Of a DNA stretch of 64,000 nt, positions 18,028 to 28,966 are shown in pieces. Below the pieces are notes generated by a model, which was given only the letters and a program-made list of their open reading frames with translations, was not told the origin of the DNA and did not search any database. Source of the DNA: Rhizomicrobium sp. (GTDB taxonomy: Bacteria; Pseudomonadota; Alphaproteobacteria; Micropepsales; Micropepsaceae); NCBI GenBank assembly GCA_050008635.1, contig JBEKMG010000009.1, forward strand, positions 28,368-92,367, in the 5' to 3' direction. Position 1 is the stretch's first letter, and each line of letters starts with the position of its first letter. Made by a program: the position numbers and the translations under genes.

Positions 18028-19227
18028 ATGCGCAGCCAAAGCGTCCTACTCGTTATCGGCGGCGGCATTGCCGCCTACAAATCGCTGGAGCTGATCCGAC
18101 GGCTCAAGGAGCGTGGCATCGCCACCCGCGCTATTCTGACTAAGGCCGGCACTGAATTCGTCACCCCCCTGTCGGTGTCCGCCCTGACCGGCGAAAAGGT
18201 CTATTCGGATCTGTTCAGCCTGACCGACGAAGCCGAGATGGGCCACATCCAGCTCTCGCGCAGCGCCGACCTTGTCGTCGTGGCGCCGGCAACGGCCGAC
18301 CTGATGGCCAAGCTAGCGAATGGGCTGGCGAACGATCTGGCTTCCACCGCACTGCTCGCGACCGACAAGCAAGTGCTGATGGCGCCGGCGATGAACGTGC
18401 GGATGTGGAACCAGCCGGCCACGCGCCGCAACCACGAGACCCTGAAGAGCGACGGCGTGATCTTCGTTGGGCCGAACGACGGCGAAATGGCGTGCGGCGA
18501 ATACGGGCCCGGGCGCATGGCCGAACCGGAAGAAATCGCGGCGGCCGTGGAAACGGCGCTGGCGGCGCAAGCGTCAGGGCCGTTGGCCGGATTCAAGGCT
18601 CTGGTGACGGCCGGTCCGACGCGCGAACCGCTCGATCCCGTGCGGTTCATCGCCAACCGTTCCTCGGGCAAGCAAGGCTATGCGATCGCCGACGCTCTCG
18701 CGAAGGCCGGTGCCGATACCGTTCTGGTATCGGGCCCCGTCGAAATCGCGGCGCCAGGACGCGTAAAACTACTGCGCGTGGAAACGGCGCGCGAGATGCT
18801 GGCGGCGTGCGAATCCGCCTTGCCGGTGGATGTGGCGGTATGCACGGCGGCGGTCGCCGATTGGCGCCCGGAAATCCTGGCCAACAACAAGATCAAAAAA
18901 ACTGATGCCGCGCCCGCACTCAAGCTGACGGCCAATCCGGATATCCTGTCGACGCTCGCTCATGGCCCGCGCCGCCCCGCCCTGTTGATCGGCTTCGCCG
19001 CCGAAACCGAGAACGTCGTCGCCTACGCTGCGGAAAAGCGGTTGAAGAAAGGCTGCGACTGGATCGTCGCCAACGATGTCGGCGGCGGCGTCCTGGGCGG
19101 CGACCGCAACAAGGTCCATCTCATCACCGCGGGTGGCGCGGAAAACTGGCCGGAGATGAAGAAAAGCGAAGTCGGCGCCCGGCTTGCCGCGCGCATCGCC
19201 GCCGCCTTGAAGGGCAAAGCCGCATGA
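18028..19227 (+). CDS. coaBC: Bifunctional phosphopantothenoylcysteine decarboxylase/ligase
   Basis: GGIAAYK, APAMN, TAGPTRE.LDPVRFI.N.SSGKQG and GFAAET. Confidence 0.97.
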   Translation: MRSQSVLLVIGGGIAAYKSLELIRRLKERGIATRAILTKAGTEFVTPLSVSALTGEKVYSDLFSLTDEAEMGHIQLSRSADLVVVAPATADLMAKLANGLANDLASTALLATDKQVLMAPAMNVRMWNQPATRRNHETLKSDGVIFVGPNDGEMACGEYGPGRMAEPEEIAAAVETALAAQASGPLAGFKALVTAGPTREPLDPVRFIANRSSGKQGYAIADALAKAGADTVLVSGPVEIAAPGRVKLLRVETAREMLAACESALPVDVAVCTAAVADWRPEILANNKIKKTDAAPALKLTANPDILSTLAHGPRRPALLIGFAAETENVVAYAAEKRLKKGCDWIVANDVGGGVLGGDRNKVHLITAGGAENWPEMKKSEVGARLAARIAAALKGKAA

Positions 19228-19691
19228 CGAAGCTTGAAATCATGCGCCTGCCGCATGCAACCGATCTGCCCTTGCCCTCTTATGCGACCGAAGGTTCGGC
19301 CGGCCTCGACCTGCTCGCCGCCGTCGATGCGGAGATCGAGTTGAAACCGGGCGCGTGGGTTTGCGTGCCGTGCGGCATTGCCATTGCACTACCGCCCGGT
19401 TTCGAAGCGCAGGTGCGCCCGCGCTCAGGCTTGGCGCTGCATCACGGCGTCACCCTGCTCAACGCGCCGGGCACGATCGACAGCGACTACCGCGGCGAGG
19501 TGAAAGCCACGCTCATCAATCATGGCGAGGCCGCGTTCCGCATCGTGCGCGGCATGAAGATCGCCCAGCTTGTGATCGCGCGGCACGAAACAGTGGAACT
19601 GCGCGAAGTCGGCGAATTGCCCGCGAGCGAACGCGGCGACGGCGGCTTCGGCTCGACCGGCCTTCACATCGCGGCCGAAAGGAGGGCCTGA
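19224..19691 (+). CDS. dut: dUTP diphosphatase
   Basis: AGLDL, RSGLA, GTIDSDYRGE and RGDGGFGSTG. Confidence 0.97.
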   Translation: MTKLEIMRLPHATDLPLPSYATEGSAGLDLLAAVDAEIELKPGAWVCVPCGIAIALPPGFEAQVRPRSGLALHHGVTLLNAPGTIDSDYRGEVKATLINHGEAAFRIVRGMKIAQLVIARHETVELREVGELPASERGDGGFGSTGLHIAAERRA

Positions 19692-19694
19692 TCC

Positions 19695-20147
19695 ATGCTC
19701 AAGCTTTCCAGAAAGACGTTACTGGCGCTCGAAGCGGTGATCGACATCGCCTTCAACGCGCGCCCCGAGCCGGTCCAGGCCAAGGAAATCACCGCGCGCC
19801 AAGGCGTCCCGCAGCGCTATCTGGAGCAGGTCATGCAACAACTGGTGCGTGCCGGCATCCTCAGAGGCGTGCGCGGGCCGCGCGGCGGCTATCGCCTCGC
19901 CAAGGAGCGCAGGCGAATCTCGGTGGGCGACATCGTGCGTGCGGCCGAGAGCATCGAAGAGGAAAACCCAGAAGACACGACGCCCCGCTCCGAACTCGGC
20001 GCCCATATCGTGACGCCGTTCATCCAGTCTCTGCAAGGCGACGTCATGGCGAAGCTGGACTCCATCACCGTCGACGAGCTGTGCCAGCGCGCTCGCGCCG
20101 CAGGTGTCGATAGTGGCGAGAAAATCACCGCCGATTTCACGATCTAG
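19695..20147 (+). CDS. Rrf2 family transcriptional regulator (CymR-like position)
   Basis: [23 protein letters not shown] wHTH motif; directly upstream of cysK. Confidence 0.9.
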   Translation: MLKLSRKTLLALEAVIDIAFNARPEPVQAKEITARQGVPQRYLEQVMQQLVRAGILRGVRGPRGGYRLAKERRRISVGDIVRAAESIEEENPEDTTPRSELGAHIVTPFIQSLQGDVMAKLDSITVDELCQRARAAGVDSGEKITADFTI

Positions 20148-20157
20148 GAGAACCATA

Positions 20158-21117
20158 ATGACCGATCACAAGCCCGGCCGCGGCCGCATCTACAATTCCA
20201 TCACCGAGACCATCGGCGATACGCCCCTTGTGCGACTGGCGCGACTGCCCGGGCAGGCGGGCGTCAAGGCGGACATCCTGCTCAAGCTCGAATTCTTCAA
20301 TCCGATCTCCAGCGTCAAGGATCGCATTGGCGTTTCGATGATCGAAGCGCTGGAACGCCAGGGCAAGATTTCGCCGGGGAAATCAACGCTGGTGGAACCG
20401 ACAAGCGGCAACACCGGTATCGCGCTCGCCTTCGTGGCCGCCGCCAAGGGCTACAAGCTCATCCTGGTGATGCCCGAAACCATGTCGATCGAACGGCGCA
20501 AGATGCTGGCGCTCATGGGCGCGCAGGTCGTCTTGACCGAAGGCCCCAAGGGCATGAAAGGCGCCATCGCCAAGGCGCAGGAAATCGTGGCCTCGACGCC
20601 CGGCGCGGTCATTCCGCAGCAATTCGAAAATCCGGCCAATCCGGAGATCCACCGCCGCACCACGGCCGAGGAAATCTGGAACGATACCGACGGCAAGGTC
20701 GATGTCGTTATCTCCGGCGTCGGCACCGGCGGTACGATCACCGGCATCGGCCAGGTGCTGAAGGCGCGCAAGCCTAGCGTGAAGATGATCGCGCTGGAGC
20801 CGGAGGATTCGCCGGTGCTGTCCGGCGGCCAGCCCGGCCCGCACAAAATCCAAGGCATCGGCGCGGGCTTCGTTCCAGCGATCCTCGACCGCAAGGTGAT
20901 CGACGAGATCATCACCATCTCCAACGAAACGGCTTTCGAGACCGCGCGCAAACTGGCGCGGCTGGAAGGCATTCCCGTCGGCATCTCGTCCGGCGCGGCG
21001 GTGGCGGCGGCGCTCGAAGTGGGCGCACGATCCGAGATGGCGGGCAAGGTCATCGTGGCGATCATCCCGTCGTTCGCGGAACGTTATTTGTCGACGGCGC
21101 TGTTCGAGGGGCTTTAA
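20158..21117 (+). CDS. cysK: Cysteine synthase A
   Basis: SSVKDRI (PLP lysine), PTSGNTG, GVGTGGT and HKIQGIG. Confidence 0.97.
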   Translation: MTDHKPGRGRIYNSITETIGDTPLVRLARLPGQAGVKADILLKLEFFNPISSVKDRIGVSMIEALERQGKISPGKSTLVEPTSGNTGIALAFVAAAKGYKLILVMPETMSIERRKMLALMGAQVVLTEGPKGMKGAIAKAQEIVASTPGAVIPQQFENPANPEIHRRTTAEEIWNDTDGKVDVVISGVGTGGTITGIGQVLKARKPSVKMIALEPEDSPVLSGGQPGPHKIQGIGAGFVPAILDRKVIDEIITISNETAFETARKLARLEGIPVGISSGAAVAAALEVGARSEMAGKVIVAIIPSFAERYLSTALFEGL

Positions 21118-22073
21118 GCGAGCGCGGCGAGTAAATCCGGCCGGTCGGTGCAGATCGCGTTCAGCCCGCGCGCGAGGAGTGCGCGCATCTGAGCCGGATC
21201 GTCAACGGTCCAGGCGCCGACCTTGAGGCCGAAGCCGCGCGCTTCGCGCACCGCCTCGCCGGTGGCATCGCTCCAGGCGGGAAACCAGCCATCACCGCCC
21301 GCCGCATCAATCGCCGCGATGATCGAGCCGCCATGCTTGATCGCGTCGTGGCCGGCGGCCCAGGGTGAGCTGCCTTCCCGCGCCCAAGTGCGCAGAATTT
21401 GCAACGCCGGTTCGGGGGGCGGATCGTCTTCCGGCGGCGGCGCGCCTTCGCCAAACCAGCTTTGCGGCAGCGTCGAGAACCAGCATTGCGCTTCCGGCGC
21501 GATCTTCTTGACGTGCAACAAACCCGGCCAGTCGAAGCCAATGAAGATCGCGCGGTCGAGATAATCGTTGGCTTTCAGCACCGCCACGGCGCGCTCCGCC
21601 AGTTCTTCCGGCTGCGCCGAAATTGCGCGATCCGAATACGACGTTTTTAACTCGACGAACAGATAAAACGGCGCGCGCACTTTCTTCGCGGTCGCCGCCA
21701 CCTCGTCCAGCGTCGGGATGCGTTCGCGGTCCCGCCAGACGACATAGGGATGTTCGCGCGCGTATGCGCTGGCCGGATCGGCGCGGCCGACGTCGAAACG
21801 CTTGAGTTCGGCGAGCGACAAATCCTTGAGGCGCGGCGTCGGCGGGACGAGCCATCGCCCGTTCTCGTCGCGGCAGAGTTCCGGCTTCAGGCGGTAATCG
21901 TGGAATACCATCACCTCGCCACCGCGCGCGAGCTGCACGTCGAGTTCGACACCGTCGTAGCCGCATGTCGCGGCATAGCCGAAGGCCGCCAGCGTATTCT
22001 CGGGACGCGACTGTGCGCCGCCGCGATGGGCGATGTTCCAGGTCCGCATGGATGTGATCTTAGACTTGTCCAA
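21114..22073 (-). CDS. Glycerophosphodiester phosphodiesterase family
   Basis: IAHRGG, PENTL, ELDV, HD, WTVD and ICTD. Alternative start at 22049. Confidence 0.9.
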   Translation of the reverse strand: MDKSKITSMRTWNIAHRGGAQSRPENTLAAFGYAATCGYDGVELDVQLARGGEVMVFHDYRLKPELCRDENGRWLVPPTPRLKDLSLAELKRFDVGRADPASAYAREHPYVVWRDRERIPTLDEVAATAKKVRAPFYLFVELKTSYSDRAISAQPEELAERAVAVLKANDYLDRAIFIGFDWPGLLHVKKIAPEAQCWFSTLPQSWFGEGAPPPEDDPPPEPALQILRTWAREGSSPWAAGHDAIKHGGSIIAAIDAAGGDGWFPAWSDATGEAVREARGFGLKVGAWTVDDPAQMRALLARGLNAICTDRPDLLAALA

Positions 22074-22076
22074 GGA

Positions 22077-22580
22077 CTAACTGAAATAGAAGAGTCCCAC
22101 GAGCACCCATTTGCTGACCCGGTCCGGCGCGAAGACGGGCAGGATGACGACTTCCAGATGCAGCGTCTCGACTGCGCCGTTGGTCAGGTGCGAATCGACA
22201 ATCGTCGCCGTTCCCGATTTTAAGTTTGCGAGAGTCGTTTCCAGATGCTCCCGAAACTCGTCCGGCGGAAACAGTTCCGACATCAGCATGCCGGTGACCT
22301 CGCGGCCGAAGCGCCGCCGGACCGAAGTTCCGGCGAGCCGCACTTTAAGGTCGCTGCCGCCGTTCACGGGCTCGTATATGGTGATGTTGTTCAGTATGGC
22401 CGCGATTGCCCGCGACGGCACATCACGTCCGATGACGATGCCGTCAGCCGGGCGCGCCTCCCAAAAAGCGAGCAGCTTCTGCGCCTTGGGATGATTGGCC
22501 GCCGACAAAAGCCGGTACTCATCACGGAGGTCGCCGTTTGCGTCGCTGACGCCTTTCGACATGTTGAAACCATGTGGCAA
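22077..22580 (-). CDS. PAS-domain (PAS_5-like) protein
   Basis: Pattern LL.FW…R…VRLAGT…FGREVTG typical of stand-alone alphaproteobacterial PAS proteins. Confidence 0.7.
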   Translation of the reverse strand: MPHGFNMSKGVSDANGDLRDEYRLLSAANHPKAQKLLAFWEARPADGIVIGRDVPSRAIAAILNNITIYEPVNGGSDLKVRLAGTSVRRRFGREVTGMLMSELFPPDEFREHLETTLANLKSGTATIVDSHLTNGAVETLHLEVVILPVFAPDRVSKWVLVGLFYFS

Positions 22581-22842
22581 GGTTAGGCTCCTTTGGCGTG
22601 CCTTATGATCCGCACCTCACCGCCGGATAGGAGTATAGAAGATTTCGATTAGACGACCGTTAAGCGCCTCCTTCGCTTTTTAGCGACCCCCGGCGGTAGC
22701 GGCAGGTTTGTGGCGCGGCGGCCACGTCCGATAATGAATAAATGTCATGTCCGGTGCGCGCGTTGACTTCGCGTGCGCTCCATCGTACCCACCCGTTCCG
22801 CGCGAAGCATGGGGCTTCGCTCGCTGCGAACGGACCTGTGGC

Positions 22843-22938
22843 ATGAAATACGATATTCGCGCCAAAGCTGCGGCCGCGCCGTTCGACCCTTGCGAACTCG
22901 GTCCTGCCGCATCGGCTCTCGAGGAGACGCCCGCGTAG
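22843..22938 (+). CDS. Putative 31-aa leader peptide (MKYDIRAKAAAAPFDPCELGPAASALEETPA)
   Basis: Short ORF between a putative promoter (TTGACT 22763, TACCCA 22786) and a terminator upstream of the MATE gene. SD is weak. Confidence 0.35.
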   Translation: MKYDIRAKAAAAPFDPCELGPAASALEETPA

Positions 22939-22965
22939 CCTGTTCCATACGCTTGCGAATGTTCA

Positions 22966-23002
22966 CCCTCCGGAGCCCTGCTTCGGAGGGTTTGTTGTTT
23001 TT
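22966..23002 (+). terminator. Intrinsic terminator-like hairpin upstream of the MATE gene
   Basis: CCCTCCG (22966-22972)/CGGAGGG (22984-22990) stem followed by TTTGTTGTTTTT. Confidence 0.55.
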
Positions 23003-23047
23003 GCCCCGCCGCGGCAGGGTTCCAGTCCAAAAAGATAAGCTCAAATC

Positions 23048-24451
23048 ATGACCGAAATCGCAGACATGACCGACGCCGGAGTGCGGATCGAGACCAGCGG
23101 TGCAGCCGCCTGGATTGCCGAAACGCGCGAGCTGATGAAGCTCGCGGGGCCGCTGGTCGTCACCCAGCTGGCGCAAATGGCGATCATGACCACCGACGTG
23201 GTCATGCTCGGGCGGCTGGGAAAAGAGGCGCTGGCGGGCGCCGCGCTGGGCAATACGGTTTTCTTCTTCACCTGGCTGATCGGCCTTGGTCCGACCGCGG
23301 CCATTTCGCCGATGATCGCGCACATCCTGGGTGCCAGTCCGAGCAACCGCGCCGGCGTGCGCGCGGTGATGCGCATGGGTATGTGGTCGGTGCTGTTGCT
23401 TTCGCTGCCACTAGCGATGTTCCTGCTGTTCACCAAAGATCTGCTGCTGGCCTTCGCCCAACAGCCGGCGCTCGCCGAAGCGGCAGGCCGTTTCGTGATG
23501 CCGCTGTGTCTGGGCCTGCCCTGCTCGCTCGGCTTCCAGGTGCTGCGCAATTATGCCACCGCGCTCGGCAAGCCCAATACGTCGCTATGGGTGATGGCGG
23601 CGACGATCGCGTTCAATGCGTTTGGCGACTACGCACTGATCTTCGGTCATTTCGGCATGCCGAGGCTGGAGTTGTTCGGTTCCGGCACGGCCAGCGCTTG
23701 TTCCTATGCGTTCAGCTTCCTGGCGATGACGGCCGTCGTCTTCGTCACGCCGGCTTTGCGCAAATACCGCATCTTCCGCCGCTTCGCGCGGCCGGATTGG
23801 GGCAAGTTCGCCGAACTGTTCCGGCTGGGTATGCCGATCGGACTGACCATGATCTTCGAAGCTTCGCTGTTCAACACCGCGACGTTGTTGATGGGCACTT
23901 TCGGCACGGCGTCGGTGGCCGCGCACCAGATCGCGCTCAACGTCGCTTCGATCACCTTCATGGTGCCGCTCGGCGTCGCCATGGCGGCGACGGTGCGCGT
24001 CGGCTTGGCCGCGGGAGCGGGAGACCGGGACGGCGTGCGCCGCGCGGGCACCTCGGCGCTCGCGGTTTCGGCGGCGTTCATGGGTCTTTGTGCCGTGACG
24101 ATCGCGCTTTTCCGCTATCGGATCGCCGCCCTCTACTTCGCGGCGAACGTGGCCTCGAACGCCGACGCCATCGCGCTGACCGCGATTTTCCTGCAGGTGG
24201 CGGCCGCGTTCCAGATTTTCGACGGCATCCAGGTCACGGCGGCGTTAAGCTTGCGCGGGCTCAAGGACGCCCACATGCCGATGTGGATTGCCGGGGGCTG
24301 CTATTGGCTGGTCGGTTTTCCGGTCTGCTTCGGTTTGGGCGTCCAACTGGGCCTGAAGGGTCTTGGCGTGTGGATCGGCCTTGCTTTTGCCTTATTTGTG
24401 GCAGCCATTTCCATGTGCTGGCGCTTCTATCATCTGGCGCGCGAGCAATAA
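23048..24451 (+). CDS. MATE family efflux transporter (NorM-like)
   Basis: About 12 TM segments, DVVMLGRLG, ELFRLGMPIG, AAHQIA and RVGLAAG. Confidence 0.93.
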   Translation: MTEIADMTDAGVRIETSGAAAWIAETRELMKLAGPLVVTQLAQMAIMTTDVVMLGRLGKEALAGAALGNTVFFFTWLIGLGPTAAISPMIAHILGASPSNRAGVRAVMRMGMWSVLLLSLPLAMFLLFTKDLLLAFAQQPALAEAAGRFVMPLCLGLPCSLGFQVLRNYATALGKPNTSLWVMAATIAFNAFGDYALIFGHFGMPRLELFGSGTASACSYAFSFLAMTAVVFVTPALRKYRIFRRFARPDWGKFAELFRLGMPIGLTMIFEASLFNTATLLMGTFGTASVAAHQIALNVASITFMVPLGVAMAATVRVGLAAGAGDRDGVRRAGTSALAVSAAFMGLCAVTIALFRYRIAALYFAANVASNADAIALTAIFLQVAAAFQIFDGIQVTAALSLRGLKDAHMPMWIAGGCYWLVGFPVCFGLGVQLGLKGLGVWIGLAFALFVAAISMCWRFYHLAREQ

Positions 24452-24511
24452 CTGCTTTGGCAGGACCTGGGACGGATTCACACTGGACTGGTTGCGAGGG
24501 GGGAGTCACCC

Positions 24512-24940
24512 ATGCGGCTTTGGTTCGTTGGTTGTGTTGCGTGTGCGGCGGTGCTGGGCGCGGCGATGGCGTCGCCACCCATTTCGAGCGAATTGATGCT
24601 GCCGCTTGCCGGCAAGTCTGCGGGCTACGCCCCACTCGACGATCACGGCGGCAGCGTGCCGAGCGTGGCGCGCGGCCAAACGCTCGGCATCGCCTGCGCC
24701 GACATCCACCAGGCGGGCGCAGTGGTGCAGGTCGTCATGCTGATTGCCAAAACCTTGGGCGAAACGGCGACCGGTTACAGTGCCGTCCTGGCGACGGAGC
24801 AAATACTCACCGACGGCGCGGTGCACGTGCGCGTGCCCAACGTGCCCGGCCTGTCCCAGCACACCGTCAACGTCAGAGTGTACGTGACCGATTCCAAAGG
24901 CACGCATAGCTGCGACGGCGGCCGGGTGCGGATCGTCTAG
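24512..24940 (+). CDS. Hypothetical exported protein
   Basis: Signal-like N-terminus, beta-rich body and GGGGGAG SD. Confidence 0.6.
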   Translation: MRLWFVGCVACAAVLGAAMASPPISSELMLPLAGKSAGYAPLDDHGGSVPSVARGQTLGIACADIHQAGAVVQVVMLIAKTLGETATGYSAVLATEQILTDGAVHVRVPNVPGLSQHTVNVRVYVTDSKGTHSCDGGRVRIV

Positions 24941-26496
24941 AAAACCAAGACCATCCCAAGGATGCCCAGCGCGCCGGCCGCGAGCCATAAGGCGATGCGC
25001 AGGTGATGCGTGCGGTCGAGCTGCGCCTGAGCGATCTGGCGCGCCGTGTCGGGATGCAGCCGCAGGCCGCCGCCGGCCAGCATCGCCGAAATGACCTCCG
25101 CGTTGCGCAGCAATTGCGGCAGCTGCTGCGCCACGCGCCCTAGCACGCCCATGCCTTCCGCCGCTTCGCGCAGACGTGCCTCCGGCCCCAGTCGGTCGAG
25201 CATCCAGCGCTCGACCACGGGTCGCGACGCCGCCCAGATGTCGAAATCGGGATCGAGGCCGCGCGCCACGCCTTCCACCACCACCATCGTCTTCTGCAGC
25301 AGCAGGAGTTGCGGTTGGGCTTGCATGTCAAAGCGCCGCGTGGTGTCGAACAATTGCTGCAGCAGCTTGGCCATCGAAACCTCGCGCGCCGGCCGGCCGA
25401 AGATCGGCTCGCCGACGGCCCGCAAGGCCTGTGCGAACGTCTCTATCGGATAGTGACGGGGAACGAAGTTCGCGTCGTAATGCACCTGCGCCACGCGCAT
25501 GTAGTCGCGCGCCAGGAAGCCCGCCAAGGTCTCCGCCATGAAGCGTCGCATCGGCGCATCGAGGCGCCCCATGATGCCGAAATCGACCGCCACCAAGTGC
25601 CCTTCGTTATCCACGAACAGATTTCCGGGGTGCAGGTCGGCGTGGAAGAATCCTTCGCGCAGCGCCTGGGTGAGGAAGCTGCGCATCAGCGTCAGCGCCA
25701 CCTCCTTGGGATCGCGGCCGGCGGCGCGTAGCGCTTCGACATCGCGCACCGGGACACCTTCGATCCATTCCGTCGTCAGCACACGCTCGGCGGTGCGGCT
25801 CCAGTCAATGGCAGGCACGCGGAAATCCGTTTCGTTCTGCGTGCGTTCGGCCAATTCGGAGGCCGCCGCCGCCTCCATCCGCAGATCGAGTTCGAGCGCC
25901 GTGGACTCGGCCAGCGTGTCGATCAGCGCCACCGGCCGCAGCCGCCGCGCTTCGGACGAAACCCGCTCGGCCAGCCGCGCGGCGAGAGCCAGCGCCGAAA
26001 GGTCGCGCGCGAATGCGGCCTCGATGCCGGGTCGCAAAACCTTGACTGCCACGCGCCGCGGCGGAATCTCCGTCGTCGTCGCCTCGTGCACTTGAGCGAT
26101 GGAGGCCGCGGCCACCGGCTCGCCGAAGCTGGAAAACAGTTCTTCCACCGGACGGCCGAGCGAAGCCGCAACCGCGGCGCGCGCCTCGGCCGTCGGAAAC
26201 GGCGGCAAGCGGTCCTGCAATCCTTCCAGCGCGGTGGCGATTTCATTGCCGACGATATCGGGGCGCGTCGCCAGCACCTGACCGAGCTTGATATGCGCAG
26301 GGCCCAGGCTTTCCAGAGCGCGCGCCAGCCGCTCGCCCGGTGCGCCCTCTGCGCGCCTGCTACCGAGCAACCGGCGCGCCAGCTTCAATGGAGTCGGAAT
26401 GGCCGCTAGATATTCGCGCGGGATCAGCGCGTCGTGGTGGCCCAGCGTGCGGGCGACGGTCCAAAGCCGGAAGAAATTGGAAAGCGAACCAGCCAT
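24937..26496 (-). CDS. ubiB: Ubiquinone biosynthesis regulatory kinase UbiB
   Basis: GPAHIKLGQ, AASIAQVH, AVKVLRP, FHADLHPGN and DFGIMG; follows ubiE. Confidence 0.95.
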   Translation of the reverse strand: MAGSLSNFFRLWTVARTLGHHDALIPREYLAAIPTPLKLARRLLGSRRAEGAPGERLARALESLGPAHIKLGQVLATRPDIVGNEIATALEGLQDRLPPFPTAEARAAVAASLGRPVEELFSSFGEPVAAASIAQVHEATTTEIPPRRVAVKVLRPGIEAAFARDLSALALAARLAERVSSEARRLRPVALIDTLAESTALELDLRMEAAAASELAERTQNETDFRVPAIDWSRTAERVLTTEWIEGVPVRDVEALRAAGRDPKEVALTLMRSFLTQALREGFFHADLHPGNLFVDNEGHLVAVDFGIMGRLDAPMRRFMAETLAGFLARDYMRVAQVHYDANFVPRHYPIETFAQALRAVGEPIFGRPAREVSMAKLLQQLFDTTRRFDMQAQPQLLLLQKTMVVVEGVARGLDPDFDIWAASRPVVERWMLDRLGPEARLREAAEGMGVLGRVAQQLPQLLRNAEVISAMLAGGGLRLHPDTARQIAQAQLDRTHHLRIALWLAAGALGILGMVLVF

Positions 26497-26497
26497 G

Positions 26498-27247
26498 TTA
26501 GATTTTCCACGCCGAATGCATCGCCGCGACGCCGCCCGTCAGGTTGCGGAACTGAACGCGCGACAGGCCCGCCTCTCCAATCATCTTGGCGAATTTCGCC
26601 TGCGGCGGAAACCGGCGGATGCTTTCCACCAGATAGCGATAGGCCTCGCCGTCGCCGGCAACAATCTGCCCGAGGGCCGGCAGCACGTTGAAGGAGAATT
26701 TGTCGTAGAGAAAATCCAGGCCCGGCGCCTGCACCTGCGAGAATTCCAGGCAGAGGAAGCGCCCGCCCGGCTTCAGCACGCGCCGCGCCTCGGCTAGCGC
26801 CTTGTCGATGTGGGTCACGTTGCGGATGCCGAAGGCGATCGTATAGGCGTCGAAGCTGGCGTCGGGAACCGGTAGCGCTTCGGCGTCGCCGGCGATCCAA
26901 CTTATGGCGCCCTCGCCTTTCGCCCGCCGCACGCCTTCGGTCAGCATGTCGGGATTGATGTCGCACACCGTGATGTCGACCTCTCTGCCGCGTACCGCGC
27001 GCGCGATCCTGAGCGCGATGTCGCCGGTGCCGCCCGCCACATCGAGCACGCGCCAGCCGGGTTGCGGGTTCAGCCATTCGACCATGGCGTCCTTCCACAA
27101 CCGGTGGACGCCGGCGCTCATCAGATCGTTCATCAGGTCATAATTGCGCGCGACCGAGGAAAATACCTCGCGCACCAGGCCCTGCTTCTGGTCCTCCGGC
27201 ACGTCGCGGTAGCCGAAAGAGGCGGTATGATGGGGGTCGTTCGTCAT
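26498..27247 (-). CDS. ubiE: UbiE/MenG C-methyltransferase
   Basis: [24 protein letters not shown] and FGIRNV. Confidence 0.96.
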   Translation of the reverse strand: MTNDPHHTASFGYRDVPEDQKQGLVREVFSSVARNYDLMNDLMSAGVHRLWKDAMVEWLNPQPGWRVLDVAGGTGDIALRIARAVRGREVDITVCDINPDMLTEGVRRAKGEGAISWIAGDAEALPVPDASFDAYTIAFGIRNVTHIDKALAEARRVLKPGGRFLCLEFSQVQAPGLDFLYDKFSFNVLPALGQIVAGDGEAYRYLVESIRRFPPQAKFAKMIGEAGLSRVQFRNLTGGVAAMHSAWKI

Positions 27248-27307
27248 GGCGTGACACTGTATGTCATCCCGGACGCAGAGCGAAGCGCGGCCGACAAGGA
27301 TTAACGA

Positions 27308-28144
27308 ATGCCTGAATTGCCCGAAGTGGAAACCGTGCGGATGGGACTTTTGCCCGTGCTGGAGGGCCACAAATTCGTCAAGGTGGAATTAAGGCGCGGC
27401 GATTTGCGCGCGCCTTTCCCCAAGGATTTCGCCAAGCGGCTGACCGGGCGGCGTGTGCGGCGGCTCAGGCGGCGGGCGAAATACCTGCTGGCCGAACTCG
27501 ACGGCGGCGAAACGCTGGTGATCCATCTGGGCATGAGCGGACGCATGAGCGTTTATACGGACGGGCGCGGGCGCGCCGGCCGCGGCAAGCACGATCATGT
27601 GGTGATGGAGACCGACGCGCCTGCGCGCATCGTCTTCACCGACCATCGCCGCTTCGGTCTGATGACACTGATCGACACCGCAAGGATCGACGACGACAAG
27701 CTGTTCAAGGGATTGGGGGCCGAGCCGCTGTCCGACGAATTCGGCGCGGCTCACCTCGCCGGTGCCCTGAAGGGAAAAAAGACGCCGATCAAATCGGCGC
27801 TGCTCGACCAGCGGGTGATCGCCGGCATCGGCAACATCTATGCCTGCGAAGCGCTGTTCCGCGCCGGGATTTCGCCCAAACGGCTCGCTGCGAAAGTTCA
27901 GAAGCCGGCCATTGCCCCGCTCGTCCACGCGATCAAGACCGTGCTGAAAGACGCCATCAAGGCCGGAGGCTCCTCCTTGCGCGATTATCAGAAAGCCGAT
28001 GGCGCGCTGGGCGAATTTCAGCACCATTTCGCCGTCTACGACCGCGAAGGCGAGCGGTGCCCGAAAAAGGGCTGCGGCGGAACCGTCAAACGCATCGTAC
28101 AATCCGGCCGCTCGACCTTCTATTGCCCGAAGTGCCAGCGATAG
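27308..28144 (+). CDS. mutM: Formamidopyrimidine-DNA glycosylase
   Basis: N-terminal PELPEVE, HLGMSG, GIGNIY and a C-terminal zinc finger. Confidence 0.97.
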   Translation: MPELPEVETVRMGLLPVLEGHKFVKVELRRGDLRAPFPKDFAKRLTGRRVRRLRRRAKYLLAELDGGETLVIHLGMSGRMSVYTDGRGRAGRGKHDHVVMETDAPARIVFTDHRRFGLMTLIDTARIDDDKLFKGLGAEPLSDEFGAAHLAGALKGKKTPIKSALLDQRVIAGIGNIYACEALFRAGISPKRLAAKVQKPAIAPLVHAIKTVLKDAIKAGGSSLRDYQKADGALGEFQHHFAVYDREGERCPKKGCGGTVKRIVQSGRSTFYCPKCQR

Positions 28145-28145
28145 G

Positions 28146-28592
28146 TCAGAGGCTTTTCGGCCGTTCCAGCGCCTTGCCGGTTTCGAGCAGGCTTTTCAGG
28201 CTCGCGAGGATCTTGGGCCAGCCTTCGGAAACGCCTGCGATGAATTTCGAGCCCGTCTTGTCGATCTCGTGGAAGATGGTCAGTTTCACGGCTTCGCCCG
28301 CCTGCTCGATGTCGAAGGTGCAGCGCGAATAGCCGTCCGCCTTCATTTCCGGCATGAATTCGTTGCGCCATTTGAGGACCAGCCGGCGCGGCGGATCGAT
28401 TTCGAGAACCTCGCCGCTATCGGCGACGCGGCCGTCTTGGAACATCAACTTCCAGGGCGATCCAACTTTCCATTCGCAATCGGGCGTGACGCCGAACCAA
28501 TAGGCGCGCGTGAATTCGGATTTGGTCAGCGCATCCCACAGCTTTTCCGGCGTCGTGCGGATATAGGTGACGTAGACGAATTTCTCAGCCAT
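28146..28592 (-). CDS. SRPBCC/AHA1-domain protein
   Basis: TTPEKLWDALT…W, GEVLE.DPPRRL and GW..IL..LK.LLE; follows an ArsR gene. Confidence 0.88.
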   Translation of the reverse strand: MAEKFVYVTYIRTTPEKLWDALTKSEFTRAYWFGVTPDCEWKVGSPWKLMFQDGRVADSGEVLEIDPPRRLVLKWRNEFMPEMKADGYSRCTFDIEQAGEAVKLTIFHEIDKTGSKFIAGVSEGWPKILASLKSLLETGKALERPKSL

Positions 28593-28908
28593 CGCTCTTC
28601 CCTTCCAGGTTTTTTTTGAGATCCGCGAGCGCCCTTACCCTATGGCGCTCGTATTTGCCGATCCACCGCTCGGCGATTTCGTTGATGGGAACGGGATTGA
28701 GATAGTGCAGCTTCTCGCGCCCACGTTTTTGCGTCGCCACAAGGTTCGCCGCTTCCAGTAACGCCAGATGCTTGGTCACAGCCTGGCGCGTCATTTCCAT
28801 CTCCTTGCACAACGCTCCCAGCGTTTGTCCGTTCCTGGCAAAGAGACGGTCGAGCAATTGCCGCCGTGTGGCATCGGCAAGCGCTTTGAACACCGCATCC
28901 ATGCTCAT
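28585..28908 (-). CDS. ArsR/SmtB family transcriptional regulator
   Basis: VFKALAD.TRRQLLDRL, MTRQAV.KHL..LE.A.LV and GREKLHYLN. Confidence 0.9.
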   Translation of the reverse strand: MSMDAVFKALADATRRQLLDRLFARNGQTLGALCKEMEMTRQAVTKHLALLEAANLVATQKRGREKLHYLNPVPINEIAERWIGKYERHRVRALADLKKNLEGKSDG

Positions 28909-28966
28909 ATAGGTAATATGCAACTAATTGGTTGCATGTCAAGCCACAGCGTAGAATGTTCTCGTC

